This document shows, in pieces, positions 14,157 to 27,866 of a DNA stretch of 64,000 nt; within the stretch, counting starts at the first letter, position 1; every line of letters begins with the position of its first letter. The notes below the pieces were generated by a model. It saw only the letters and a list, made by a program, of their open reading frames with translations, did no database searches and was not told the DNA's origin. The DNA is taken from assembly GCA_951406725.2 (NCBI GenBank), contig OX597814.1, positions 15,562,001 through 15,626,000 on the forward strand. Direction: 5' to 3'. The stretch comes from Octopus vulgaris. Its lineage: Eukaryota. The translations under genes and the position numbers were made by a program.

Positions 14157-14709
14157 CATATCTGCTACTCCACTTCACATTAGTAAGACTGGTCACGTGA
14201 TAGATATGCGTCAAATTGCAACAATTTCGCGACATTTTAATTTCATGCAATGTAGTTGGAATCTGTAATATGTGGAAATCCTTTCCACTCACCAGAATTT
14301 CCACTGATAACTTTAACTGATACCCCGTTAAGTGACATTGCAGGTTGTTTTAATATTTGGAAAGCCTCGAATTCTAGGTCACAGCATTGAGATTGGTCTA
14401 ACTGAGAAGTTTTCAATTAATTTTTGTGTGCATTGGCTACTTTGGATGCGTTGGAACATTTGAAATTTGGCCACAAGACTTCATATTACTCTCTCATTTT
14501 ACTTACAAAACCGGTAACTTCAACTCTATCATAGTAGTACTATATGCAAAGTGGTTATTCTTTTCATTGTATGCTTTTCTGATGTTGTTTATCAATATGA
14601 TGATGCTTATTAGGCATATGTTGTCTCATATAACTGAAAGTACGGGTATGTTGAAAATTATTGGAATTGTTTCATATAATTGTTCAAGAGCTTTTAAAAG
14701 TTCACATTT

Positions 14710-15123
14710 AGGCGCAGGAGTGGCTGTGTTGTAAGTAGCTTGATTACTAACCACATGGTTCCGGGTTAAGTCCCACTGCATGGCACCTTGGGCAAGTGTC
14801 TTCTACTATAGCCTCGGGCCGACCTAAGTCTTGTGAGTGGATTTGGTAGACGGAAACGGGAAGAATCCCGTCGTATATGTATATATATATATGTATATGT
14901 GTGTGTGTGTATGTTTGTGTGTCTGTCCCCCCCCCAGCACCGCTTGACAACCGATGCTGGTGTGTTTACGTCCCTGTAACTTAGTAGTTTGGCAAAAGAG
15001 ACCAATAAAATAAGTACTAGGCTTACAAAGAATAAACTCTGGGGTCGATTTGCTCGACTATAAAGGCGGTACTCCAGCATGGCCGCAGTCAAATGACTGA
15101 AAAATTATAAAAGAGTAAAGAGT
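14710..15123 (+). mobile_element. tRNA-derived SINE family C (CORE-like domain, internal microsatellite, AAAAGAGT tail)
   Basis: aggcgcaggagtggctgtg head, ccttgggcaagtgtctt CORE-like motif, cagtcaaatgactg hairpin before the tail. Confidence 0.92.
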
Positions 15124-15464
15124 ATTATGGTATCGAAATTTTACGATTTTAAACCGTTGATGAAGGCAGCTTCGAAAATTTGGAGCTTTTTAAATTACTT
15201 TTCTTTTGGTCTGGAGAGGGCTCTCTGCATTTTTTACATCTTTGCTTCTCTGCAAGTGACTCGGTAATTTTTTTCTCGTAGATAAAGATATTCAACCGCA
15301 TGCACCTTATTATGCTTGTCTTATCGTCTTTGTTGTCAGGTGCGTGGTAAAGAGCTTCCTGGGTGGCATTTTTGCATGTTTTCAACAAATATGTGTAAGT
15401 TCTCTATTTTCAGCTATTTCTTATTGGCCCGAATATAAGACTTAACAGAATAGAGCTGACAAAA

Positions 15465-15664
15465 GACGGTGAGCTGGCAGAATCGTTAGCACGCCGGGCG
15501 AAATGCTTAGCGGTATTTCGTCTGCCGTAACGTTCTGAGTTCAAATTGCGCCGAGGTCGACTTTGCTTTTCATCTTTTCGGGGTCGATTAAATCGACTTA
15601 ATCCTTTTGTCTGTCCTTGTGTGTTCCCTCTGCGTGTAGCCCCTTGTGGGCAGTAAAGAAATAA
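15465..15664 (+). mobile_element. SINE family A, small internal deletion
   Basis: Matches the other family A copies. Confidence 0.9.
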
Positions 15665-16967
15665 GAATTGACATGGCTAGATTAGGACTAATTGATGCCT
15701 CGATCTTTCTACGGTGTAATTAATAAGTTGTCTAGACAGGAGTGCTGAATGCACCAATAATAGATTATAAATTCGGTTTTTTTTCCAAGTCATGAACAAA
15801 ATCTAGATAATTTTAAAATATAATGTGATGACTGAAATATATATGTCATGTTCATAGGAGCTGAAAGGCCTCTAATCTAGATCTGTCTGTTCAGTATTGA
15901 CTGTGGGCCAAATATGAACAACAATATATTAAATTACTTCGAACGGTCACGGACCACATAATAAGCGAAAATAAAAACGTTTGCCCCCTAAAAGCATAAT
16001 ATATTTTTCTGGAAATATCCAGGTAAGATTTCACTTATTGGAGAATGAAAGGGTATCTGATACAGTTAATATGAAACTTCTTGTGAAGCAAGCATGCATT
16101 CTGACTTCTTATCAGTAACAAAAGATATTTCAAGCCACGTATGAGGCTGGTTTTATTTTCTTGAAATTAATTGGTTTGATTATCGTCTGCTGGATTCTTG
16201 AGAACTTCAAAAGTAAAGCAATTATTACGCTCGAATGTGGTGTATTAGAATATTTTACATGAAATGTTATCATTCATATGCTTATATAATTAATGCATGA
16301 GTTTCTCAATTATAAGCTTAATTATCTTGTTTATTTTCACTCTAACGATCTATCTTTGGCACTAATACCATTTTCTTTTGTTTTGTTTTACAAATATGAT
16401 GCCGTATCGATTGAAATGTTCTTTTAGAAATATTCCAACAAAGTTACTTACAATAGAGCAAATGAGGTTAACTACAATGTAATTTTGAATTCTACTCCAT
16501 CATACGATTTTATCTGTTAATTAACATTCACTGTTTTCGGACAAAACGTATTTGTATTACGTATATTGGCTGCTATTTAGGCAGTTCAATCTAATTTAAA
16601 TACATGTCAGATGCAAGCGCTCCACGAAGAATAAGCCTTCAAAGAAACTGATAAGATATTCTATTATTGAAGAGATTACTGAACCATAAAATCCTTCTAA
16701 CAAACATTTCTTACATAAAAAGATTCGCTCTCCCTTTTCTCTTTATTTCTCTTTTACTTTGTCTTTCTGCACACTCGCAAACGTGCGCGCACAAACACAA
16801 ACACAACAGTTTGCATGGATTGGTGAGTGTTTGTCTTCACAAGCGGATTTCATAATACATGCAAAGTAGTGCGCATAATTTACTAGAAAATTAAACTCAC
16901 AATAATGTGTGAATATATGTGTATCGCTTTTTACTCTCTCTTTCTTTCTCTCGCTCTCATTTTTCTT

Positions 16968-17046
<79 letters not shown>

Positions 17047-17051
<5 letters not shown>

Positions 17052-17265
17052 AATCCAAACGGGAAAACAAAAAAAAACAACAACAGTGGAACAATTACAG
17101 TATTATTATTAATAGGCGCTCAGGAAATATGGAAGCAGGAAGGTATGACGTTTCGAGCGGAGCTCTTCGTCGGAAACATAAAGAAGGAAGAGAGAGGAAA
17201 GAAAGATCCCAAAGCGGGCAACAGGAGATGGAGAAAAAACGACTGGTGTTTACGAAGTACACATG

Positions 17266-17270
<5 letters not shown>
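17047..17270 (-). mobile_element. Penelope pseudo-LTR-like fragment (family H1) in (TA)n
   Basis: Homologous to 54640-54850 and 60302-60560; carries a minimal HHR motif. Confidence 0.7.
17143..17177 (-). ncRNA. Minimal type I hammerhead ribozyme motif (U4C core variant)
   Basis: GUUU-CCGACGA-A-GAGC(UCC)GCUC-GAAA-CG-UC-AUAC. Confidence 0.55.
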
Positions 17271-17329
<59 letters not shown>

Positions 17330-17330
<1 letters not shown>

Positions 17331-18260
17331 AAAGATGTTTATTGACTTGACCGGTTTCACTTTCTTTAAAACAGATTTTCAAAATTAAAATGTAAGTCTT
17401 TGTGTAGCCTTTGTTGCGTTAAAAGTGGTTAACATAGATGTATTAAAATGTAGGGATAGCGTCTTTGACAATGATAGGAAAATGTTAAGAGAGGGATTTT
17501 GTTGAAACAGTTTACATGAAGGTGTTCAAAATAGGTAGTAAAATAAATTCATAATTATTCATAAGTTCATCAAAGATCATGGTTGTAAATAAGCATATAT
17601 GCAGAAAGAATTTGTAGACAGTATTTAATAGGAAAAAGAGTGTATTGCTTAGTCAAATCTTCATCAGAAATCCTATTTCAGTATTTATACAGAATTTTAG
17701 GGAAACGACCAACCTTTTTCTTCATTTCCAGTCTTGTACACACGTACAAGGCTTATATGTACTAAAAGACCTCTGCAATTTCAAATGCTCTTCCCTATTA
17801 AATACTGTCTACAAATTCTTTCTGCATATATGCCTATATACAACCATGATCTTTGAATGGAATTTATAGATATTTTAACGCATCGCTACGCGCGTTTCCA
17901 CAAGTTACGTATCTCTTAAGATCAGAGTTCGTACTCTTGGGATGATTACAGTGTAGTCCGTATTATCCGTGGGCATCAGGTAGATCGTCTTCATGAATTC
18001 ATTTCTTCAGGTGATATAGCCTTAATGGATGTCTAACGGAAGGTTGTTTATCTCTTTTGACCAGTGAGAAGACTGATTGAGGTACGTGGGTATTTCTGTA
18101 AGAATTTGGTGGGCAGGAAGGTGTTGGAAAGAGAGAAAGGAATGGTAGTTATAAGACGCTGGAGGTGAGTGGTGTAATGTTGGACTTCTTTTGTTATTCA
18201 GTCTGCAGATGTGAAGGGCAGGTAGTACATTCCTCTGCTCGTTCTAATTTAAGACATGAC
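17330..18260 (-). mobile_element. Decayed Penelope-like element with internal 62-bp inverted duplication
   Basis: Minus strand KTIYLMPTDNT...NHPKST resembles the PLE RT-thumb YRKPT...SNHP motif; 17571-17632 is inverted at 17794-17855. Confidence 0.45.
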
Positions 18261-18285
18261 TATCTTCAATGAAGTGTAATAATGA

Positions 18286-18846
18286 TAAAATGCCCTGGTG
18301 CAGTACCAGACAGTGGCACTCATGGCTTCTGATCTTAACTGATTGGAAGTATTATCATGTACATTGTTTTGTCTTGGTATAAAAGATGGGCTACAGCAAA
18401 TGTTCTGCTCAATACCACAGATTTTCTTGTCAGTTGTTTGACCTTAACCAGTTGACCATGTCCCTTTGTCGCTGACGATATGTGCATCTCTGATCATGAG
18501 TAGAAATATTGGGGTAGCATCATAGCTGTGTGTTGAAAGTAATTCTTAGATACTTGGATAATTCACCTCTGGAAACATGGAAGTTTCGTTCAAAATCCAT
18601 AAACAATCCTTATTCAGGGACATTTTGAGCGGGATGGGCTACTCGACCAGAAGAAAATTCTAACTGGGCCCCACCTGCAAGATCATGCGCTGTTTGTCTT
18701 TATATGAGATCACCATGTCGCGCACATATGGTTGTGATGCATGTGCCTAGTGTACCCTTATCAGAAAGGTAGTCATGATGGGTATACTGGGCTTCGTATA
18801 TTTTACCTCAGTGTCACTTTGATAGCATGCACTTCTCTCTCACTCA
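18286..18846 (+). mobile_element. Non-coding ~560-bp interspersed element (family D) followed by (TAA)n
   Basis: Homologous to 49641-50144, 50299-50828 and 51160-51465; ends ctctctcactca then (TAA)n at 18848-18924. Confidence 0.85.
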
Positions 18847-18904
<58 letters not shown>

Positions 18905-19822
18905 TAATAATAATAATAATAATAACTTCTTTTCAAATTTCGACACTAGGATAGTAATTTTCAGGGATTATATCGACCCCATTACTTAAGTGGAACTTAT
19001 TTCATCGGCCCCGAAACCATGAAAGGCAAGTTTGACTTCAACAGGATTAGAACTCAGCAACAACCGTTAAAAATTTCACAATGCACTTTTGTGACGCACT
19101 AAACATTCTGGCAGCTTAGTATTTATTAAAATTTATCAAATAAAATATGCTGAGTGTTTTGAAGGAAAAGAAAATAAAATTTCATAATGCCACACTCCTT
19201 GCGACTCTCGACCACATTTTATGTAACCTGTTGCAAAATATATTAAGTTAATTTATGCAAAATTTAAAGCATTGGGCGTAAAAGCGATGCAGAATTTAAA
19301 GCAATGCTTTAAGCAGCCTTAATTCGGTTTATCACACTTCTGAGTTCAGATTTGAAGATGCACATGTGAATTCATCCCAGAGGAAAGTAACATTTGATTT
19401 CATTTAAATGAAATGCTAATTTTAAAAATTACAATAATTTCATAATAAATTTCTTTTCCTCCGATAAAATAACTCAGTAAACCGATAATATTAATTGAAG
19501 TATGAATAAAATTTCGAACAGAAATAGGGTTAACATATATTTATTCTTACCAGAAATTCTAGAATGTTCTATCAGCTTTAATTCTATTAATTCTTTCCAA
19601 AATCAAACATAATCTCCTTATTTTATTATCTAAACTCAAGTATTTGAGTTCTTTTTTTTGTTGTTATTGTAAATAGAAAAGTAAGTTGTTTGACTTTTTA
19701 AATGTTTTCTGTTGTCTTACGTTTAAGCCGGTAGAACTTTATGTTAATGCAGAAAGCAAGTTGATGAAATAAAGTAACAAAACTAACCGAGAAACCAACG
19801 ATTCGTATTTAGCCCCTGTAAG

Positions 19823-20044
19823 TCTTTTACTCTTTTACTCTTTTACATGTTTCAGTCATTTGACTGCGGCCATGCTGGAGCACCGCCTTTAGTCGAGCAA
19901 CTCGACCCCGGGACTTATTCTTTTTTGTAAGCCCAGTACTTATTCTATCGGTCTCTTTTTGCCGAACTGCTAAGTGACGGGGACGTAAACACACCAGCAT
20001 CGGTTTTCAAGCAATGCTTGGGGAACAAACACAGACACACAAAC

Positions 20045-20101
<57 letters not shown>

Positions 20102-20240
20102 TACGACAGGCTTCTTTCAGTTTCCGTCTACCAAATCCACTCACGGGGCTATAGCAGAAGACACTTGCCCAAGATGCCACACAGTGGGACTGAACCCGGA
20201 ACCATGTGGTTTGGTTAGCAAGCTACTTACCACACAGCCA
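19823..20240 (-). mobile_element. SINE family C
   Basis: Family C on the minus strand; tgtaag on both flanks. Confidence 0.92.
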
Positions 20241-20502
20241 TGTAAGCGTATAAATACGCTTACATAAAATTTATTGAGATATAAAATAATAAACATGTAT
20301 AATGAAAGCGTGGACAAAAGACGGTGTGGCTAAGAAGTGATACACTTATAGGACTTATTCTTTGTGAGCCTAGTATTTATTTTATTGCTCTCTTTTGCCA
20401 AACTCCCAAATTACGGCGACGTAAACGCACCAACATCGGTTGTCAAGCAATCTATGGTAAGTGGACAAATACAAACACACAAATATACACATGCATACAT
20501 AC

Positions 20503-20589
<87 letters not shown>

Positions 20590-20609
20590 ATGTATGTATA
20601 TATATGCAT

Positions 20610-20640
<31 letters not shown>

Positions 20641-20641
<1 letters not shown>

Positions 20642-21422
20642 GGAGTTGTGTGACGTCAGCATCTTGTGTTTGTGTGGTGATTTGGAGATGCGGTTTCGGT
20701 ACACCCAGTCCAATGAAATTCCACAAACACCATTTGCTGACGTCACATAATTTCAAACCAATCAAAACCGAACTTCAACGAATACAACGAAAAGAACCTT
20801 TAAGACAACCAACCAACCGGAACGACCTATAACCGTATCCTGCAAGGAAACCAACAAAGCAGAACAACACGCTTGACCGCACGAAAGAAAAACTTCATCA
20901 ATTTTTTAACGAATCAAAATCAGATCCGCTCGCAGAAATAAAAATTTACAAATACATCTTTCCCTGAACATACCATTACAAGCGAAAGCGACTGTTTAAA
21001 GAAGATCTGAGAAACCGTAATTTCACTTTTTTTACTATTTTAATTCTCACACTTGTTTTTTTCAACATGACTTGTCGACCACCACTGAAATTAATGAACC
21101 TTATACATTCTAACAAATTAATATACAGTTTTAATTTCAAACTTACACCTTCTGTTTTAAACATGATAATTTATCAACATTGAAACATTTCAGTTGATCA
21201 ACGTTGAAACATCTTGATTTGTCAACATTGAAACCTATAACGATGTTTTTTTCTAATTTTACACTTTTAACCTTGATAAACAAAAAATATTGTTGAAACT
21301 AGTTTTGGTATATATGTAAATAAATGTATTTTAAATATTTACGAGCTTTTGAAATTTAAGTTCATTTTCAACAACACATTTTCCTATATTTTTTCCTGCG
21401 TGGAAACACCACTCCCGCTTTT
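20641..21422. mobile_element. Unclassified LTR-like insertion within (TA)n
   Basis: Complex sequence bounded by (TA)n on both sides; no coding signal. Confidence 0.3.
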
Positions 21423-21425
21423 ATA

Positions 21426-22020
<595 letters not shown>

Positions 22021-23414
22021 GCTTACATAAAATTTATTGAGATATGAAATAATAAACATGTATAATGAAAGCGTGGACAAAAGACGGTGTGGCTAAGAAG
22101 TGATACACTTGATTATCAAGTATTTCACTAGTTATTGAATATAATGGTTGTAAACAAATTTGAGAATTCACAACCAGGTGGTCAATGTCACTGTGAAATA
22201 TTGTTTAAATAATATTCAAAATAAAACGAGTATACTTAACAGAGGTCCCAAATTATTGCCGTCATTTTTGCAACTTTTCCAGATGCAAGACTACTTACGT
22301 ACGGGTTACACAAGGGATTTGTTCGAACATAATATTTATCAGAAAGCACACGAACAATATAAAGCGAAAAAGCGTCAATTCATCTTGGGTTTTATATAAT
22401 CATACAGGTACGTTTGTGCCTTATAGTATTTATGATGTGAATAATATGCGTGAGAAGGTAAACATTTTATAGATTTCTCCTGGCAGGGTTACATTAATAC
22501 ATCATGAACTTAATTTAAATAGAAAGAAAATCTCATTAACTTTTATCGTAAACATTACTTTTCAATTCTCTGTGTTTTCAATCGAGAGGATAACAGAATT
22601 ATTAGTGACTGTTTGCTCTAGTTAATTAAATGAGATGCGTGCACCATTGAAAGCACTTCGGGGATATAGTGGGCCTGTAATTGGTTCCATTCTTTGAAAC
22701 TAATTCACGTTAGCAAAAAAAATTCAAAACCGATGAATTACTGGAAAATTTTAATATTGTTGACAATTTAACTCATATTTTGTCATTTACCAATCAACAA
22801 TTTGAGTTTTAATAGTAGTCAAAAAAGTAACAACATATAAGACTCTTATTGAGATTTGATGACGAGTAATGTCGTCTCTGAAAATTAAATTGAAGTAAGC
22901 TTATATCATTACGTCATCAAACATTTCACTTAGTAATGAATTTTAAGGTACAAAAATAGGGGGAAAAGCTGATAAGAGAAGATAAAAGTTAATCGTAAAA
23001 CAAAATTTTTTAAACATCTTAACGTATATAAGAAATGGACCTAGTAAGTTTTCTCTCTCCTTGTTTAATAATTTACATGTTTACGATTAGCAGTTTTAGA
23101 TTCAAGAGATAATAATTGGGAATCAATAAATAAATCAGGGTTTGTTATTTAACTGTTACTTTATACATTTAGTGTATATTCCATTCATACTCTCGTCATT
23201 TCCGCTACGCTTTCACGTCTCTCTCTTTGTACTTTCAAGGTCATGTACAGCACCTGTACTCTCCGCGGACTGTTCCCACATAAGGACGAACAGAGAATTA
23301 ATTTAAGGTAGAGAGACCATTTTATCCAATTCTAGACTGCAATCCATTATCGAACAATAAACTTTTTGACGGCTTCATCTAAGCCGAGAATTTTAGTACC
23401 TGAATGGTTCCCCA

Positions 23415-24288
23415 GCCGTTTACATCCCGAGCATGTAATTTGAGTAAATCAAGTTCTCCGATGCGCATGTAAAATTAGTTTTTATGGTGAAATTATGGCC
23501 TTGTTCTAATCGGTGTTCGGATCCTCCTATTATGTTGATACAAATCCCACAGTTGGGTTTCCCGCATCTTATTACTGCCAGCTTAGTGGTTATTGTTGAG
23601 CGTAATTTGGCCTGGGTTAAAATCTTTTTCATTGAGTTTGCTTGTTTCTTACTTTTAATTGTGTGTGCTTTGAGGGTTTGATTCATCTTTGGGTCTCTCT
23701 TGAGTATAGCAGTGCTGTGGAGTATAGTTTTGAAGGTCCCATCCTTATGTGGGTTGTGTGTGGAGATGTAAAGCAGAATTTTCAATTTTTCTTCTTTCTT
23801 TGGTCTTGGTTGTCTAAGTTCTTGTGTATTTAATTTAAGTACTCGTTGGATCGTGTTCTCGATTAAGGTTTGTGAGTAATTCCTATTGATGAGTGTGGTT
23901 TTCAATTCCTGGAGTTGTGTGTAACTGGTATTTGCGTCTGATAATATTGTGTATTCTTTTGGTTGAACAAAATGAGATATTCATCCTGATGTGTTTTGGG
24001 TGGCAAGAATCAAATGGAAGGTATTGTTTCGAGTCCATGGGTTTGTAATAGATATATGTCTCTATTTTCTTCCCAACTTTCTTAATAAGGATATCTAAAA
24101 ACGGTTGTTGTTCCTGCTGTACTCATAAATTGGAGGTTTTCATTTATTCCATTTAGAAGTGTTTGGAATTCGTTTATTCCATTTAGAAGTGTTTGGAATT
24201 CGTTAAGTTTTTCTATACTTTCATTCCAGAGGATGAAGCAGTCATCAAGGTATCTTTTCTAGTTGTTTTGAATGTAGGCAATATATTG
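23415..24288 (-). mobile_element. Penelope-like element: RT C-terminal half, Cys linker and start of GIY-YIG (pseudogenised, inverted segment)
   Basis: Minus strand *KRYLDDCFILW, PFLDILI, YYKPMDSKQYLPFDSCHPKH, CGKPNCGIC, FTCASENLIY..ITCSGCKR. Confidence 0.92.
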
Positions 24289-24709
24289 GACACAAAAACG
24301 GCAATATATTAGACACACAAAAACCGGCCTACGTTAGAAGATGGCAGTGCACAAATCTCAAATTAGAATTCCAGAATACAGGAACATTCCTCTCAGCCAG
24401 CACATCGATGAATGTGCTTCCAATTACCCAAATTCACAACGTTTCCACCATACAAATTGAAAGACAATGCTAGCCAAAATGAATGCATTAGCAAGGCAAT
24501 GCCTTTCATAAGAAATTATCGACTGAGTCTAAATTCTCTAAACTAGCAACACTGAAACATTTTTATTTATATGTATGCGAATACATATGTGTGTATGCGT
24601 CGAAACGTTAAAGACATTTTCACTTCCCGAGCATTATTCTAATACATCTGTTTATTGTCTACATCACCTGTCTTGGTCTTTTGTTGTTGTTGTTTTTTGT
24701 GAATTCTCG

Positions 24710-24710
<1 letters not shown>
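24279..24710 (+). mobile_element. Penelope-like element: GIY-YIG C-terminal half plus pseudo-LTR fragment
   Basis: Plus strand QYIGH..KTGLR*KMAVHKSQIRIPEYRNIPLSQHIDEC; then tcgaaacgttaaag (HHR 3' half) and family H2 sequence ending in (TA)n. Confidence 0.85.
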
Positions 24711-24750
<40 letters not shown>

Positions 24751-24824
24751 TATATATGTATGGGTATGTGTGCATGTGTATCTGTATATATTTGTATATA
24801 TATATATGAGGATGTTTATGTGTG

Positions 24825-24861
<37 letters not shown>

Positions 24862-24864
<3 letters not shown>

Positions 24865-25280
24865 CGCAGGAGTGGCTGTGTGGTAAGTAGCTTGCTAACC
24901 AACCACATGGTTCCGGGTTCAGTCCCCACTGCGTGGCATCTTGGGCAAGTGTCTTCTGCTATAGCCCCGGGCCGACCAATGCCTTGTGAGTGGATTTGGT
25001 AGACGGAAACTGAAAGAAGCCTGTCGTATATGTATATATATATATGTATGTGTATGTGTGTGTTTGTGTGTCTGTGTTTTCCCCCTAGCATTGCTTGACA
25101 ACCGATGCTGGTGTGTTTACGTCCCTGTCACTTAGCGGTTCGGCAAAAGAGACCGATAGAATAAGTACTGGGCTTACAAAGAATAAGTTCCGGGGTCGAT
25201 TTCCTCGACTAAAAAGGCGGTGCTCCAGCATGGCCGCAGTCAAATGACTGAAACAAGTAAAAGAGTAAAAAGAGTAAGAG
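24862..25280 (+). mobile_element. SINE family C, full length
   Basis: Complete head, CORE-like motif and AAAAGAGT tail. Confidence 0.93.
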
Positions 25281-25334
25281 TATATATATATATATATGTA
25301 TATATATATGTGTGTGTGTGTGTGTGTATGTATC

Positions 25335-25419
<85 letters not shown>

Positions 25420-25929
25420 GGGTGTGTGTATATATATGCATATATATATATATGTATATGTAACTGTTTATATAGCGAGTGTGTGTATAAGAAATAAAGA
25501 CAAGGGGTCGAAGAACCCAATTTCTACCAAAATACCACGGGTGACAACTTCACCACGTCGACTATTATTATTGCTGCTAGTTATTCGACGGCTACAGCCA
25601 TTCCTAAGAAAACGACTCTTGACCACACTGTTACATTATTTAATTTACAAAGACAGACAGTGGTTATCTGCGGTCATAGTCAGTTGAACTTGTCATGCTA
25701 TCAGAACCAAAGGATATTATCACGTTTTCTTGCAGGAAAAAGGAAAGTAAACTATGAATGTTAATTTTAATTTAAATTTTAATTTTTTAGTAGTTCTCTC
25801 TTTATATATTCCATTTTAGTACATATGTTTGATAAGGTTTTCCAAAAACCGAAACATGTAAAAAGGAAAATTAAAATGTACCCAATTTTAAGAAAGTAGC
25901 ATTGTCGTTCTTGTTTTTCATAAATATCT

Positions 25930-26145
25930 ACTTAACGTGTGTTACCTCTACAATTCTTTACAAATATTGTTTTTTCTCTCCTTTTTTCTCTCCCTTGTTT
26001 TTTCTGAGTACCTTTCTGTAGAAGAGCGTAGGCTCGAAACGTAAAATACTTTTTTCTATTCCTGAGCGCTATACTTATACATCTGTTTGTTTTGTACACC
26101 ACCTGTCTTCGTCTTTTGTTTTTTTTTTTTTTTCGTAAACTTTCC

Positions 26146-26148
<3 letters not shown>
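25930..26148 (+). mobile_element. Penelope pseudo-LTR-like fragment (family H2) with minimal HHR variant at 26012-26047
   Basis: CUUU-CUGUAGA-A-GAGC(GUAG)GCUC-GAAA-CG-UA-AAAU; homologous to 58457-58600 and 24597-24710. Confidence 0.7.
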
Positions 26149-26200
<52 letters not shown>

Positions 26201-26202
<2 letters not shown>

Positions 26203-26830
26203 CGTTAAATGTTGTGTTATTTCTCCTTGGAAACAATTTTTAGTGGCTAATACCATAGCGGATCTATTTTTAGCGCTAGAGTCGACCATATTATAGTCAC
26301 TCTCTCTTATATTTATGTATAAAATTTTTATTGTATCCCTGGTTTTTTATGCGCTAAGCCACTTGGTGTTAAATTGAGGGTATTATTAAATTAATATCTA
26401 ATTTTTCACCCTTATTTGTAATTTTAATTATACTGCAGTAAATCTTTTATGCAGTACTTGTTTCCGGAAGTCATATCGCACTTTTAGCGGGGGAATTTGA
26501 AATCATAACTGCTAGTACAATCGATTAAACCACACGTGTGTTTGACGTTATGTTCAAATTTAGCGTGCGACTTAATAAATTGTATTTTAGACAAATTCTG
26601 CTGATGACCTATAGATGTTGTGTAAGTAAAATTGCATAATACATTAATAGCGAAACAATTGTCCAGAATTAATCTATATTTTTGTTATTTTCCACTTGCC
26701 CTGCTCGTTTACGTTAAATGTTGTGTTATTTCTCCTTGGAAACAATTTTTAGTGGCTAATACCATAGCGGATCTATTTTTAGCGCTAGAGTCGACCATAC
26801 AGTGGTCACTCTCTCTTATATTTATGTATA
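26201..26830 (+). mobile_element. Retrozyme-like or pLTR-like element: 509-bp unit plus 121-bp terminal redundancy, in (TA)n
   Basis: 26201-26321 is repeated at 26710-26830; contains an HHR; no meaningful ORF. Confidence 0.8.
26594..26670 (+). ncRNA. Type I hammerhead ribozyme, palindromic loop III
   Basis: Stem I AAUUCUG/CAGAAUU; CUGAUGA 26601-26607; long stem II; GAAA 26652-26655; AC-AAUU-GU; GUC cleavage triplet ending at 26663; C.C mismatch at 10.1-11.1. Confidence 0.85.
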
Positions 26831-27147
26831 TACACATATATATATTTATATACACACATATATATATATAAACATACACATCATTTTATTGTCTGACAGC
26901 GCCCCGCGTCAGGTTCGTTTCGATTTGTCGGTTCGTTCCACTTCTTGTCTCCACAAAAGAAAGAGTGGGAGAAAGAGTGATGAAAGAGTACAGCAGGGAT
27001 CACCACACCCTGCCAGAGCTTCGTGGAGCTTTTAGGTGTTTTCGCTCAATAAACACTGATTCAATTTATATATATATATATATATATATGCGCCCCGCGT
27101 CAAGGTTCGTTTTCGATTTATTTTCGTTCACTTCTTTCATCCATTCA

Positions 27148-27183
<36 letters not shown>

Positions 27184-27560
27184 CCTTTCACTTGTTCCAG
27201 TCATTAGACAGCTGCCATTCTGGAGCACTGCTTTGAAAATTTTTTTATGCAAATGAATAGACTTCAGTGCTTATTTTTTAAAGCCCGGTACTTACTCTAT
27301 CGGTCCCTTTTGCCAACTGTTATGTTACGGGGACATAAACTCAACAACACCGGTTTTGAAGGGGACAAACACAGACACAAAGACACACACTCAACTACAT
27401 TTATATACGATGGGCTTCTTTTAGTTTCTGTCTACCTGATCCACTCACAGATCTTTGGTCTGCCGTAGCTATAGATGACAAATGCCCAAGGTGCCACGCA
27501 GTGAGACGAAACATGTAACCATGTATTTCAGAAGTAGGCGTCTTACCACATAGCTGTGCT
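27184..27560 (-). mobile_element. SINE family C, diverged
   Basis: Recognisable family C blocks on the minus strand. Confidence 0.8.
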
Positions 27561-27866
27561 TCTCTCTCTCTCTCTCCCCTCTCTCTCTCTATCTCTCTCT
27601 CCCTCTCCCTCTGTATATATATATATATCGACTGAAGAAGGGTTTTTTCTTTGTGTTAATTGTCCTGTACTCTATTTTTTTGTTGTTTAAAAAAATGTCC
27701 AGTTCCTTTGGTTTGTGTCTCTGTTTTCGTTTCTCATTGTGTTCGACGTCTTTTTGGTGTCCTGTACTCATATATGCGTGTATATGTACATGTAGAGGTA
27801 GGTACGTACATATATGTTTATATATATGCATATTTTTTTATTTTATTTATTAATATATATACATAT

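Noticed and set aside
15149-15450. ORF MLKTCKNATQ... as a host exon
   Set aside because: No recognisable domain or splice context; another frame weakly resembles a decayed GIY-YIG tail (KLQIFEAAFINGLK), too weak to call
17345-17400. Minus-strand GAAACCGGUC hammerhead 3' half
   Set aside because: No intact CUGANGA with an adjacent stem I
25829-25860. HHR-like UUGAUAA-GGUUU/AAACC-GAAACAUGUA
   Set aside because: Two core changes and no convincing stem I; at best a dead relic
26899-27150. ~50-bp imperfect duplicate starting gcgccccgcgtca
   Set aside because: Short, indel-rich and next to TA tracts; may be an assembly or consensus artefact
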